In this document: piece by piece, positions 46,242 through 57,357 of the stretch | Numbering within the stretch: position 1 is the first letter of the stretch | Layout of the letters: the number at the start of each line of letters is the position of its first letter | NCBI GenBank assembly: GCA_964575165.1 | Contig: CAZNQK010000003.1 | Location: 10,860-74,859, forward strand | Reading direction: 5' to 3' | DNA: 64,000 nucleotides | From: an uncultured Aquihabitans sp. | Lineage (GTDB): Bacteria > Actinomycetota > Acidimicrobiia > Acidimicrobiales > Microtrichaceae | Position numbers and translations under genes: made by a program | Notes under the pieces: model-generated | The model's input: only the letters and a program-made list of their open reading frames with translations | What the model was told of the DNA's origin: nothing | The model's database searches: none

Positions 46242-48110
46242 GTGCCCGAGCTCAGATCCCACACCTCCACCCACGGCCGCAACCAGGCGGGTGCCCGCGC
46301 CCTCTGGCGGGCGACCGGCATGACCGACTCCGACTTCGAGAAGCCGATCGTGGCGATCGCGAACTCGTTCACGCAGTTCGTGCCCGGCCACGTCCACCTC
46401 AAGGACATGGGCCAGCTCGTCGCCGGTGAGGTCACCAAGGCGGGTGGAGTGGCCAAGGAGTTCAACACGATCGCCGTCGACGACGGCATCGCGATGGGCC
46501 ACGCCGGAATGCTCTACAGCCTCCCCAGCCGGGATCTCATCGCCGATTCGGTCGAGTACATGGTCAACGCCCACTGCGCTGACGCTCTGGTGTGCATCTC
46601 GAACTGCGACAAGATCACCCCCGGCATGCTCATGGCCGCCATGCGGCTGGACATCCCGACCGTGTTCGTGTCGGGCGGGCCGATGGAGGCCGGGAAGACC
46701 CGACTCGCCGGCAACGAGGTGTCGGTCGATCTGATCACCGCGATCGAGAAGTCCGGCGACCGCCACGTCAGCGACGAGGAGGTCGCCCAGGTCGAGCGCT
46801 CGGCGTGTCCGACCTGCGGGTCCTGCTCCGGCATGTTCACCGCCAACTCGATGAACTGCCTGACCGAGGCGCTCGGCCTGTCGCTCCCCGGCAACGGCAC
46901 GCTCCTGGCAACCCACGCCGATCGCGAGGAGCTGTTCCTCAGGGCCGGTCGGCTGGTCGTCGACATCGCCCGCCGCTACTACGAGAAGGATGACGAGTCC
47001 GTGCTGCCCCGGTCCGTGGCCGACCGTCGAGCCTTCACGAACGCCATGGCGCTCGACATCGCCATGGGTGGGAGCACCAACACGGTCCTGCACCTGCTCG
47101 CCGCCGCGCACGAGGGCGAGGTGCCCTTCACGATGGCCGACATCGACGAGCTCAGCCGACGTCTGCCCAACATCTGCAAGGTCGCCCCGATGACCGAGCT
47201 GTACCACGTCGAGGACGTGCACCGGGCCGGGGGAGTGCCCGCGATCCTGGGAGAGCTCGACCGGGCCGGGCTGATCGACACCGCAGCCCCGACCGTGTAC
47301 TCGGCGACCATGGCCGCGGCGCTCGACGAGTGGGACATCGCCCGGCCGAGCTGCACCGCCGAGGCCCGGGTGTTCTGGAGCGCGGGCCCGGCCGGCATCC
47401 CGACCCAGGTCGCCTTCAGCCAGGCCACGCGCTGGCCGTCGCTCGACGAGGACCGCTCGCACGGCTGCATCCGCGACGTCGAGCACGCCTACGCCGCCGA
47501 GGGCGGACTCGCCGTCCTGTACGGGAACCTGGCCGTCGACGGCTGCATCGTGAAGACCGCGGGGGTCGATGAGGAGATCTGGCGGTTCTCCGGTCCGGCA
47601 CGGGTCTACGAGAGCCAGGACGCCGCGGTCGAGGCGATCCTCGACGAGAGCGTCGGCGCCGGCGATGTGGTCGTCATCCGCTACGAGGGCCCGAGGGGCG
47701 GACCTGGGATGCAGGAGATGTTGTACCCGACGACGTACCTCAAGAGCCGTGGACTCGGGAAGGCCTGCGCGCTGCTGACCGACGGTCGCTTCTCAGGAGG
47801 GACGTCGGGCCTGTCGATCGGCCACGTGTCACCCGAGGCGGCCGAGGGCGGCCTCATCGGCCTGGTGCGTGAGGGCGATCTGGTGGAGATCGACATCCCG
47901 GCCCGATCGATCACCCTCGTCGTCGACGACGCAGAGCTGGCCCGTCGTCACGAGGAGGAGATCGAGCGCGGTGTCCACGCCTGGGCCCCGCACGGGCGCG
48001 ATCGGCACGTGTCGGTCGCGCTGCAGGCGTACGCAGCGTTCACGACTTCGGCTGCCAGGGGTGCGGTGCGCGATGTCAGCCAGGTGGTCGCCCGCCACCG
48101 CCCCGACTGA
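46242..48110 (+). CDS. ilvD: Dihydroxy-acid dehydratase
   Basis: [54 protein letters not shown] and [25 protein letters not shown]. Confidence 0.9.
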   Translation: MPELRSHTSTHGRNQAGARALWRATGMTDSDFEKPIVAIANSFTQFVPGHVHLKDMGQLVAGEVTKAGGVAKEFNTIAVDDGIAMGHAGMLYSLPSRDLIADSVEYMVNAHCADALVCISNCDKITPGMLMAAMRLDIPTVFVSGGPMEAGKTRLAGNEVSVDLITAIEKSGDRHVSDEEVAQVERSACPTCGSCSGMFTANSMNCLTEALGLSLPGNGTLLATHADREELFLRAGRLVVDIARRYYEKDDESVLPRSVADRRAFTNAMALDIAMGGSTNTVLHLLAAAHEGEVPFTMADIDELSRRLPNICKVAPMTELYHVEDVHRAGGVPAILGELDRAGLIDTAAPTVYSATMAAALDEWDIARPSCTAEARVFWSAGPAGIPTQVAFSQATRWPSLDEDRSHGCIRDVEHAYAAEGGLAVLYGNLAVDGCIVKTAGVDEEIWRFSGPARVYESQDAAVEAILDESVGAGDVVVIRYEGPRGGPGMQEMLYPTTYLKSRGLGKACALLTDGRFSGGTSGLSIGHVSPEAAEGGLIGLVREGDLVEIDIPARSITLVVDDAELARRHEEEIERGVHAWAPHGRDRHVSVALQAYAAFTTSAARGAVRDVSQVVARHRPD

Positions 48111-48145
48111 GAACCTGGTTCCCTGCGCCTTTCTGGGTGTCAAAC

Positions 48146-48202
48146 CCGCGTTTTGTGTGTGTTTCACGTCGTATGGCGACGTGAAACACACACAAAACGC
48201 GG
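48146..48202. repeat. Palindromic repeat family B, copy B2 (26-bp stem, 5-nt loop)
   Basis: CCGCGTTTTGTGTGTGTTTCACGTCG-TATGG-CGACGTGAAACACACACAAAACGCGG lies between the convergent ilvD and small-ORF ends. Confidence 0.8.
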
Positions 48203-48226
48203 ATCGGAACGGACGGAAGCGGAGGT

Positions 48227-48355
48227 TCAGTCCTCGTCGGGGCGGCTGCCCGAGCGCATCCCGCCGAACCAGCGGCCGCCTCTCCAGCGGACCACCTCGC
48301 GAGCGACGAGAACCACGACGATCACGGCGATCACGAGCGCGACCAACCAGGTCAC
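48227..48355 (-). CDS. Unlisted 42-aa single-TM small protein (VTWLVALVIAVIVVVLVAREVVRWRGGRWFGGMRSGSRPDED)
   Basis: The GTG overlaps the stop of the upstream PPAT-like gene (GTGA at 48352-48355). GGGAGA lies 9 nt upstream. It has a hydrophobic helix plus a basic tail and is below the 60-aa cutoff of the ORF track. Confidence 0.4.
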   Translation of the reverse strand: MTWLVALVIAVIVVVLVAREVVRWRGGRWFGGMRSGSRPDED

Positions 48356-48861
48356 GTGGGCCGTTCTCCCAGGGGTGCCGCCGCCCACTCCGTCCGGCCC
48401 GCTCGGACAGCGCTCGACGACACCCGCCCGAACTCCGCTGTGACCGGCAGCAGCAGGTCAGCGGGCGCGAAATGGCCATCCCTGGGGGCGACGGCGACGC
48501 GGGGGAGTCGGGCCAGTGCAGCGTCGCGGGACGACTCGTCGTCTCCGTACCATCGGGGATCGAGGACCTGGGCCCACTTGTCGGCTCCCATCACGACCAC
48601 GTCGTAGCCCTCGGCCACGTCGGCGACCAACCGGGCCTCGACCACGATCACCCGGAGCCACGGACGATCACCCAGAACCGAGCGTGCTCGTGCGAGTCGA
48701 CGATGGATCGAGTCCTCACCCAGGTGCTCCTTGCCGAGCGCCGAACGTGAGATGGCGAGGTCCAGTCGATCCAGGTCGAGGTGGACCCGGGCAGCGTCGG
48801 CGACTGCCAGGTGGGCGATGGTGAGCGGGTCGAAGCTCCCTGGGTAGACGCCGACGGCCAC
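48352..48861 (-). CDS. Cytidylyltransferase-fold protein resembling phosphopantetheine adenylyltransferase (CoaD/PPAT-like paralogue)
   Basis: GVYPGSFDPLTIAHL matches the PPAT N-terminal (H/T)xxH nucleotidyltransferase motif, but the rest diverges from canonical CoaD. GTG 48861 has GGGAGGG 13 nt upstream, so the start is uncertain. Confidence 0.6.
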   Translation of the reverse strand: MAVGVYPGSFDPLTIAHLAVADAARVHLDLDRLDLAISRSALGKEHLGEDSIHRRLARARSVLGDRPWLRVIVVEARLVADVAEGYDVVVMGADKWAQVLDPRWYGDDESSRDAALARLPRVAVAPRDGHFAPADLLLPVTAEFGRVSSSAVRAGRTEWAAAPLGERPT

Positions 48862-48891
48862 GACCCGGACGGTACCCTCCCACCGGCCGCG

Positions 48892-49128
48892 ATGGCTCTG
48901 ACCGGATGGGAGGAGGCGAGGCGCAGCATGGGCAAGGACGTGTGGCCCGGACGTTGGGATCTGGCGGCCGGCGGGGTTGTGCAGGCCGGTGAGGACTGGG
49001 AGGTCGCCGCATCGCGCGAGCTGGCCGAGGAGGTCGGCGTCGCAGGGGTCGAGCTCCACCCCCCTCTTCGTCCCCGATTCGCTCGCGCCGGTGCTGTCCC
49101 ATCTCGTCGACCGCGACGAATAGCGTGA
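48892..49128 (+). pseudogene. Truncated Nudix hydrolase remnant (about 78 codons)
   Basis: A perfect Nudix box, GGVVQAGEDWEVAASRELAEEVGV (Gx5Ex7REUxEExGU), is preceded by KDVWPGRWDL. Only ~26 aa lie before it and ~28 aa after it, too short for a Nudix fold, and all frames stop by ~49128. Confidence 0.45.
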
Positions 49129-49132
49129 CCCC

Positions 49133-49672
49133 ATGACCTCCATCCGATCGTCGATCCGATCGAACTCCTGCACCCTCGTGTCGGCGATCGTCGTCGCCGT
49201 GTTCCTGGCGCTGCTGATCGCAGGTTGCGGCGAGGACGTGGACGACGCCTCGTCGTCGACGACGGCCACCTCGGCGAAGGTCACGACCAGCTCCACGACG
49301 ACCGCCGCAGCATCATCGGATCCGACCGCCGTCGGTGAGACGACCACGACCAGCGGCACCTCCGACCCGTCGGCCATGGACATGTTCATCGGGTCCGAAC
49401 AGCGGGCCCTGACGATCCAGTCGTGCACGGCAGCGGTCGGCTCGCTCGAGCTCACGGCGACGGATGCTGCGGGAAACACCGTGACGGTCACCGTCCAGGA
49501 CGGCACAGGGGGAGTGACCTACCGGGGTCCGTCGGAGGATCGTGAAGGATCGGTCAGAACGTCCGACATCCGGACCGACGGCTCGTTCACGGCAAGCGGA
49601 ATCATGTCGGTGGCCGATGACACCGCTCCGGCTCCCGCTCAGCTGCAGTTCGCGGGTCGCTGTCCGACCTGA
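49133..49672 (+). CDS. Hypothetical lipoprotein
   Basis: Signal peptide with lipobox LLIAGC, a Ser/Thr-rich linker, then a ~110-aa domain. Confidence 0.6.
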   Translation: MTSIRSSIRSNSCTLVSAIVVAVFLALLIAGCGEDVDDASSSTTATSAKVTTSSTTTAAASSDPTAVGETTTTSGTSDPSAMDMFIGSEQRALTIQSCTAAVGSLELTATDAAGNTVTVTVQDGTGGVTYRGPSEDREGSVRTSDIRTDGSFTASGIMSVADDTAPAPAQLQFAGRCPT

Positions 49673-49777
49673 GCATCGATGGCGGCCGTCCCCGGGTGGC
49701 CGGAGACAGGTTCCGCGGCTGGGCCGACGGCGATGGTGGTTGGCAGAGCGGCGACTGTGAGGGCAGACTGTCGAGCG

Positions 49778-49828
49778 ATGCAGATCTCGCCCGCGCTCAG
49801 CCCCGTCCTCGTGGTGGTACTCACCTAG
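49778..49828 (+). CDS. Candidate ilvB leader peptide MQISPALSPVLVVVLT (16 codons)
   Basis: ATG 49778 to TAG 49826-28. Six consecutive codons read V-L-V-V-V-L, with one Ile and one further Leu upstream. Lies 214 nt upstream of ilvB and directly before a terminator-like hairpin. Confidence 0.5.
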   Translation: MQISPALSPVLVVVLT

Positions 49829-49863
49829 GCGCCGATCGGGACCGACCGCATCGCGTGCGCCAC

Positions 49864-49898
49864 ACGACCTCCCCGAGGGGAGGTCGTTCCGGTTTTCC
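49864..49898 (+). terminator. Attenuator terminator candidate: ACGACCTCCCC-GA-GGGGAGGTCGT followed by TCCGGTTTTCC
   Basis: A 10-11 bp GC-rich stem followed by the only T4 run in this spacer. Confidence 0.5.
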
Positions 49899-49936
49899 GG
49901 GACGGTGCCCGGGCGGGTCCGGCCGGAGCCGCACCC

Positions 49937-50016
49937 AAGACCGGACCGGGCACGACCGGACCGGGCAAGACCGAACCAGGCAAGCAACCAGAACCAGGCA
50001 AGCAACCAGAACCAGG
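49937..50016. repeat. Degenerate CA-rich tandem repeat, 5 units of 15-18 nt, immediately upstream of ilvB
   Basis: AAGACCGGACCGGGC / ACGACCGGACCGGGC / AAGACCGAACCAGGC / AAGCAACCAGAACCAGGC / AAGCAACCAGAACCAGG. It ends 25 nt before the ilvB ATG. Confidence 0.7.
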
Positions 50017-50041
50017 AACCGCGACAGATGGACACGACGCC

Positions 50042-51802
50042 ATGAACACCAACGGTGGATCCGCACTCATCAAGTCCCTCGAGCTCGAGGGCGTCGAGGT
50101 GATCTTCGGGTTGCCGGGCGGGGCCATCCTGCCGGTGTACGACCCGATCCTCGACAGCCCGATCCGCCACGTCCTGGTGCGTCACGAGCAGGGAGCCGGG
50201 CACATGGCCGAGGGCTACGCGCACGCGACCGGTCGTCCCGGAGTCGCGATGGTGACCTCGGGTCCCGGTGCGACGAACATCGTGACGCCGATCCTCGATG
50301 CGTTCATGGACTCGGTTCCGATGGTCGTCGTCACCGGCCAGGTGCCCCGTCCGGCGATCGGCACCGACGCCTTCCAGGAGTGCGACATAGTCGGGATCAC
50401 CCGGTCGATCACCAAGCACAACGAGCTCGTCACGCGACCCGAGGACATCCCGCTCGCGATCCGCCAGGCGTTCCACATCGCCACTACCGGTCGGCCGGGA
50501 CCGGTTCTCGTCGACATCCCGAAGGACATCGTCGACCCACGCAACCCGGCGTCGGCCATGGACTGGAACTGGCCGTCCGACGCCGATGTCGCGGCGTCGC
50601 TACCGGGCTACAAGCCCACGACCAAGGGTCATCCGAAGATGATCCGCGACGCGGCAGAGATGATCCTGCGGGCCGAACGCCCGGTGATCTACGCAGGGGG
50701 CGGCATCCTCGCGGCAAGGGCAGCCGAGGCGCTCCTGGAGCTGGCGGAGCTGACCGACATCCACGTCGTCACCACGTTGATGGCGAGGGGGGCGTTCCCC
50801 GACAGCCACCGCCTGTGCCTCGGCATGCCCGGCATGCACGGCAACTACACAGCGGTAACCGCCATGCAGCGTTCCGACCTGCTGATCGCTCTGGGGAGCC
50901 GGTTCGACGACCGCGTCACTGGCAAGCTCGACGCGTTCGCCCCCGACGCGAAGATCATCCACGTCGACATCGACCCGGCTGAGCTCGGCAAGGTCCGCCG
51001 CCCCGACATCCCGATCGTCGGTGACTGCCGATTGGTGATCGAGGAGCTGGTGCGGGTCATCCGTGCCCGCGCCGGGGGTGGAGACGACACGCAGCAGCCG
51101 GATCGCGGCGCGTGGCGCCAGGCGATCTCGGGCTGGCAGGAGACGTACCCGTTGGCCTACGAGCCGGCGAAGGACGGCGACCTGCTGAAACCCCAGTTCG
51201 TGCTGGAGCAGCTACGGGAGCGGGCGCCCGAGGACTGCATCGTGGCGAGCGGAGTCGGTCAGCACCAGATGTGGACGAGCCAGTACTGGCACTTCGATCA
51301 TCCGTACACGTGGATCAACTCAGGCGGAGCCGGGACGATGGGGTTCGCTGTGCCCGCCGCGATCGGCGCCAAGGTCGGTCGCCCGGACCGGATGGTGTGG
51401 GCGGTCGACGGCGACGGCTGCTTCCAGATGACGGCCCAGGAGCTCGTCACCGCTGCCACGGAGCGGATCCCGGTGAAGGTGGCGATCCTCAACAACGCCT
51501 ACCTCGGCATGGTGCGACAGTGGCAGGAGATGTTCTACGACGAGCGCTACTCCGAGGTGTACCTGTCGCCCGACCTGCCCGACTACGTCAAGTGGGCCGA
51601 GTCGATGGGCTGCGTCGCCATGCGGGTCGAGTCGCCCGAGGAGGTCGGCCCCGTGATCGACAAGGCGAACGAGATCGACGACCGACCGGTCGTCCTGGAG
51701 TTCCGCACCGACACCGCCGAGAAGGTGTTCCCGATGGTGCCAGCCGGCCAGAGCAACGACGACATAGTCGTCGGCCCCGCGCTCGGGGAGGGAGGACGAT
51801 GA
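50042..51802 (+). CDS. ilvB: Acetolactate synthase, large subunit
   Basis: [38 protein letters not shown], and the ThDP motif [17 protein letters not shown]...[13 protein letters not shown]...[12 protein letters not shown]. Confidence 0.9.
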   Translation: MNTNGGSALIKSLELEGVEVIFGLPGGAILPVYDPILDSPIRHVLVRHEQGAGHMAEGYAHATGRPGVAMVTSGPGATNIVTPILDAFMDSVPMVVVTGQVPRPAIGTDAFQECDIVGITRSITKHNELVTRPEDIPLAIRQAFHIATTGRPGPVLVDIPKDIVDPRNPASAMDWNWPSDADVAASLPGYKPTTKGHPKMIRDAAEMILRAERPVIYAGGGILAARAAEALLELAELTDIHVVTTLMARGAFPDSHRLCLGMPGMHGNYTAVTAMQRSDLLIALGSRFDDRVTGKLDAFAPDAKIIHVDIDPAELGKVRRPDIPIVGDCRLVIEELVRVIRARAGGGDDTQQPDRGAWRQAISGWQETYPLAYEPAKDGDLLKPQFVLEQLRERAPEDCIVASGVGQHQMWTSQYWHFDHPYTWINSGGAGTMGFAVPAAIGAKVGRPDRMVWAVDGDGCFQMTAQELVTAATERIPVKVAILNNAYLGMVRQWQEMFYDERYSEVYLSPDLPDYVKWAESMGCVAMRVESPEEVGPVIDKANEIDDRPVVLEFRTDTAEKVFPMVPAGQSNDDIVVGPALGEGGR

Positions 51803-52338
51803 GCACGAACGTGACCACCGGCGGGGCCACGGGATCGGCGCCGCCGGCTCCCAGGCACCACGTCCTGTCGGTGCTGGTGGAGAACCGGGCCGGCGTCCTC
51901 GCCCGGGTGTCGAACCTGTTCGCCCGACGGGGCTACAACATCTTCTCGCTCGCGGTCGCGCCGACCGACGACGAGCGCTTCAGCCGCATCACGATCGTGG
52001 TCGACGTGGAGAGCTCTCCGCTCGAGCAGATCGTCAAGCAGCTCAACAAGCTCGTGAACGTGATCCGCATCAGCGAGCTCGACCCGCGTGACTCGGTCGA
52101 GCGCGAGCTCATGCTCTGCACCGTCAAGGCGGCGGCGAGCTCGCGCAGCCAGATCATCGAGCTCGTGGACCTGTTCGACGGACGGGTGCTCGACGTCGGT
52201 CACGACGAGCTCACGCTCAGCCTGGACGAGCACCCGAACCGACTCGACGACCTCGAGGAGCTGCTGCGGCCCTACGGGATCATCGACATCCAGCGCACCG
52301 GTCGGGTCGCCCTGGCACGCCTCGAGCACTCCCAGTAG
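51799..52338 (+). CDS. ilvN: Acetolactate synthase, small (regulatory, ACT) subunit
   Basis: [52 protein letters not shown] overlap with ilvB. Confidence 0.9.
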   Translation: MSTNVTTGGATGSAPPAPRHHVLSVLVENRAGVLARVSNLFARRGYNIFSLAVAPTDDERFSRITIVVDVESSPLEQIVKQLNKLVNVIRISELDPRDSVERELMLCTVKAAASSRSQIIELVDLFDGRVLDVGHDELTLSLDEHPNRLDDLEELLRPYGIIDIQRTGRVALARLEHSQ

Positions 52339-52354
52339 CAGCGCTTCACCTCGC

Positions 52355-52403
52355 GTTTTGTGTGTATCTGACGTCGCACAGCGACGTCAGATACACACAG
52401 AAC
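52355..52403. repeat. Palindromic repeat family B, copy B3 (23-bp stem with one G-U position, 3-nt loop)
   Basis: GTTTTGTGTGTATCTGACGTCGC-ACA-GCGACGTCAGATACACACAGAAC lies 17 nt after the ilvN stop, between convergent gene ends. Confidence 0.8.
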
Positions 52404-52420
52404 AACCCCGAGTCCGCAAC

Positions 52421-54405
<1,985 letters not shown>

Positions 54406-54453
54406 GTCGGTTCCCGGTCCCCGTCGCGATCCGTCCGTTCCTGGTCTCATGGC

Positions 54454-55329
54454 ATGCCGAAGCCCGGGATCGGGAGCACAACGGGCGTGATCGTCACGGC
54501 GCCGGCGTCGTCGGCCAACCTCGGCCCCGGCTACGACTGCCTCGCGCTGGCCCTGGATCTGCCGTTCCATCTGTCGGTCGGCGGTCGTGCCGACGCAGCG
54601 GTGTCCGGTGCGGGGCGGTACCACGAGGCTGAGCCGTCCCATCCCTGCGCCGTCGCGTTCCGGGAGGCGGGTGGCGATCCGTCGATCTCGCTCTGGTGGG
54701 CGAGTCCGATCCCACCCGGTAGGGGTCTCGGATACTCGGGTGCGGCACGGGTGGCTGGCGCCTACGCTGCCGGTCTGCTCGACGGGCTCGAGGACGCGGA
54801 GGCACGTTCCGGGGCGCACCGGGTGGCGTCGGTTCTGGAGGGCCATCCCGACAACTCAGCGGCCTCGAGCTACGGCGGCTTCACGGTCGCTGTCCTGGAC
54901 CGGGTGCTCCGCCTCGACCTGCCGGAGGGACTCGCCGTTGTCGTGTGGTCGCCGTCGACGTCGACCTCGACCGACGCCTCGAGGCGGGCTCTTGCGTCCA
55001 GGCTCCCGTTGTCGGATGCGGCCTTCTCGGTGGCCCGCGCCGCGGCGTGGGTCGCGGCCTTGGCCACGGGGGAGCTGGACGTCCTCCGGGAGGCATGCGA
55101 GGACCGGCTCCACCAGGACCTCCGCCTGTCGGCCCGGAGCGATGCACGCGAGGTCCGTGATCACCTCCTGGGCCGGCCGGAGGTGCTGGCGGCGTGGCTG
55201 TCTGGGTCCGGGCCGAGCATCGCGGCGCTGGTGCCGTCGGAGGTGGCTCCATTCGCTGCGAGCTCCCTCCCCGGTGACGGCACCGTGCGGACCCTCCAGG
55301 TCGACGGCAGGGGCGTGAGTCCTGCCTGA
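54454..55329 (+). CDS. thrB: Homoserine kinase (GHMP kinase)
   Basis: VTAPASSANLGPGYDCLALAL and the GHMP motif PPGRGLGYSGAA. Confidence 0.8.
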   Translation: MPKPGIGSTTGVIVTAPASSANLGPGYDCLALALDLPFHLSVGGRADAAVSGAGRYHEAEPSHPCAVAFREAGGDPSISLWWASPIPPGRGLGYSGAARVAGAYAAGLLDGLEDAEARSGAHRVASVLEGHPDNSAASSYGGFTVAVLDRVLRLDLPEGLAVVVWSPSTSTSTDASRRALASRLPLSDAAFSVARAAAWVAALATGELDVLREACEDRLHQDLRLSARSDAREVRDHLLGRPEVLAAWLSGSGPSIAALVPSEVAPFAASSLPGDGTVRTLQVDGRGVSPA

Positions 55330-55447
55330 CCGATCGAATCTCGACCATATTGGTCAGGATTTGACGGCTATGCTCCCGTCGCCCGCGACGCTGAGGTCCG
55401 GGGCACGCACGGAGGCCGCAGTGGCCGAACCGACCCGAGGAGCAGAC

Positions 55448-56758
55448 ATGACCGAGGAATGGGGCTTCGCCACCCGCCAGATCCACTCCGGTGCCGAGCC
55501 CGATCCCACCACCGGTTCCCGTGCCACGCCCATCTATCAGACGACCGCGTACCAGTTCCGAGACACCGACCACGCGGCGAACCTCTTCGCCCTCTCCGAG
55601 ATCGGCAACATCTACACCCGGATCATGAACCCGACCCAAGCGGTGGTCGAGGCTCGTGTCGCCAGCCTCGAGGGTGCGCCCGACACCGCCGTCGGCCTTC
55701 CCGGAGCGCTTGTCGTCGCCTCGGGTCAGTCCGCCGAGACCTTCGCGATCCTGAACCTGGCCGAGGCCGGCAGCCACATCGTGAGCTCAGCGTCGCTGTA
55801 CGGCGGCACCTACAACCTGTTCCACCACACGCTGCCGAAGCTCGGCATCGAGGTGTCCTTCGTGGAGGACCCCGACGACCTCGATGCGTGGGCGGCAGCC
55901 GTGCGGCCCAACACCAAGGCCTTCTACGCCGAGACGATCGGAAACCCCAAGAACGACATCCTCGACATCTCCGGCGTGGCCGACGCCGCACACGCCAACG
56001 GGGTGCCGCTCATCGTCGACAACACGATCGCCTCGCCCTATCTGATCAACCCTCTGGCCCACGGCGCCGACATCGTCGTGCACTCGGCCACCAAGTTCCT
56101 CGGCGGACACGGCACCGCCATCGCCGGTGTGATCGTCGACGGTGGATCCTTCGACTTCTCCTCCAACGACAAGTTCCCGCAGTTCACCGAGCCCGACCCG
56201 AGCTACCACGGTCTCGCCTACTGGCCGGCGCTCGGACCGGGCTCGTACATCGTCAAGGCCCGGGTGCAGTTGCTTCGTGACATCGGGGCAGCGATCTCGC
56301 CCTTCAACGCCTTCCTCCTGATCCAGGGGATCGAGACGCTGTCGCTGCGCATGGAGCGCCACGTGGCCAACGCCCAGGCCGTGGCCGAGTACCTGGAGGG
56401 TCACGACCAGGTCGTCTCGGTCGCCTATGCGGGTCTGCCCTCGAGCCCCTGGCACGAGGCGGCCCGCAAGTACGCCCCGAAGGGAGCGGGCTCCGTCCCC
56501 GCGTTCATCATCGAAGGCGGCCGTGAGGCGGGCCGTCGGTTCGTCGAGGGACTGACCATGCACAGCCACGTCGCCAACATGGGTGACGTCCGCAGCCTGG
56601 TGGTGCACCCGGCCTCGACCACGCACAGCCAGCTCACCGACTCCGAGCAGCTGGCAGCGGGCGTGGATCCGGGCCTGGTGCGGCTCTCGGTCGGCATCGA
56701 GGACGTCGCCGACATCATCGCCGATCTCGACCGGGGCTTCGCAGCAGCCAGGGGCTGA
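55448..56758 (+). CDS. metY: O-acetylhomoserine aminocarboxypropyltransferase (sulfhydrylase)
   Basis: [32 protein letters not shown] and the PLP lysine in [14 protein letters not shown] 55448 has GAGGAG upstream. Confidence 0.85.
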   Translation: MTEEWGFATRQIHSGAEPDPTTGSRATPIYQTTAYQFRDTDHAANLFALSEIGNIYTRIMNPTQAVVEARVASLEGAPDTAVGLPGALVVASGQSAETFAILNLAEAGSHIVSSASLYGGTYNLFHHTLPKLGIEVSFVEDPDDLDAWAAAVRPNTKAFYAETIGNPKNDILDISGVADAAHANGVPLIVDNTIASPYLINPLAHGADIVVHSATKFLGGHGTAIAGVIVDGGSFDFSSNDKFPQFTEPDPSYHGLAYWPALGPGSYIVKARVQLLRDIGAAISPFNAFLLIQGIETLSLRMERHVANAQAVAEYLEGHDQVVSVAYAGLPSSPWHEAARKYAPKGAGSVPAFIIEGGREAGRRFVEGLTMHSHVANMGDVRSLVVHPASTTHSQLTDSEQLAAGVDPGLVRLSVGIEDVADIIADLDRGFAAARG

Positions 56759-56770
56759 GCTGAGCCCCCA

Positions 56771-56826
56771 CCCGCTTTGTTCCCGTTTCGTGGCGGAAAT
56801 CCGCCACGAAACGGGAACAATGCGGG
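56771..56826. repeat. Palindrome (21-bp perfect stem TTGTTCCCGTTTCGTGGCGGA / TCCGCCACGAAACGGGAACAA, 2-nt loop, plus a 5-bp outer extension) after metY
   Basis: Verified base by base. Begins 13 nt after the metY stop. Confidence 0.8.
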
Positions 56827-56911
56827 GAGGAGACCGTCAGGTTCAGGGTCTCGGCCGTCAGGATCGCGTCAAGACGGGTGCATCGTGGCCTGGATGGGAT
56901 CAACCTGACAG

Positions 56912-57271
56912 GTGATGGATCAGACGACTCGACCCGAGGTGTTGACGGCCGGCGATCGACGGCGCCGTCACGAACGCAAGCTCCTGTTCTGGGTCCTGGA
57001 TGCGCTGCTCGTCCTGACGGTGGCGGTCGTGCTGGTCGTCATCCTCGGTCGGGACACACGCCCGGCGAAGGACGCCTTCCTGGACGGCTTCCGCGATGAC
57101 CATCCGGGTCTCTCGCAGAGCGATGCTCCCGATGGGCGCCTGCTGGACGCCGCTCTGTCGGAGTGCACGCCGGAGGGGATGTCGGCATCAGATGCCCGCT
57201 GGCTCCGACAACTCGGCGTCGATCTCGACTCGTTCCGCGAAGATGCCCAGGACCTCTGCCCCTCCCGTTGA
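56912..57271 (+). CDS. Hypothetical single-TM protein
   Basis: Basic N-terminus, one TM (LLFWVLDALLVLTVAVVLVVIL) and a ~70-aa C-terminal domain with 2 Cys. Confidence 0.5.
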   Translation: MMDQTTRPEVLTAGDRRRRHERKLLFWVLDALLVLTVAVVLVVILGRDTRPAKDAFLDGFRDDHPGLSQSDAPDGRLLDAALSECTPEGMSASDARWLRQLGVDLDSFREDAQDLCPSR

Positions 57272-57288
57272 GGGGGCAGAGGTCCTGG
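57247..57288. terminator. 17-bp hairpin (one bulged G) whose loop CCCGTTG contains part of the stop codon of the preceding gene
   Basis: CCAGGACCTCTGCCCCT-CCCGTTG-AGGGGGCAGAGGTCCTGG. Confidence 0.45.
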
Positions 57289-57300
57289 AAGACTTCGGCA

Positions 57301-57340
57301 CTGCGGGGAACGGATCAGGGCCGTGACCCGTTCCCCGCAG
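57301..57340. terminator. 13-bp hairpin CTGCGGGGAACGG / CCGTTCCCCGCAG with a 14-nt loop, between convergent genes
   Basis: Read in the sequence. Lies 18 nt beyond the amt stop on the other strand. Confidence 0.45.
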
Positions 57341-57357
57341 GCGATCTCCGACCGTCT

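Noticed and set aside
48781-48891. Longer version of the Nudix ORF starting at ATG 48781.
   Set aside because: It would overlap the divergent PPAT-like gene by about 80 nt, and the added residues do not resemble the N-terminal strands of Nudix proteins. It is treated as part of a decayed gene.
55330-55447. SAM-type riboswitch (for example SAM-IV) expected upstream of metY in Actinobacteria.
   Set aside because: The 118-nt spacer contains GGTCA...GACC and short stems. I could not align it to the SAM-IV core as I remember it. An Infernal/Rfam scan is needed before any claim.
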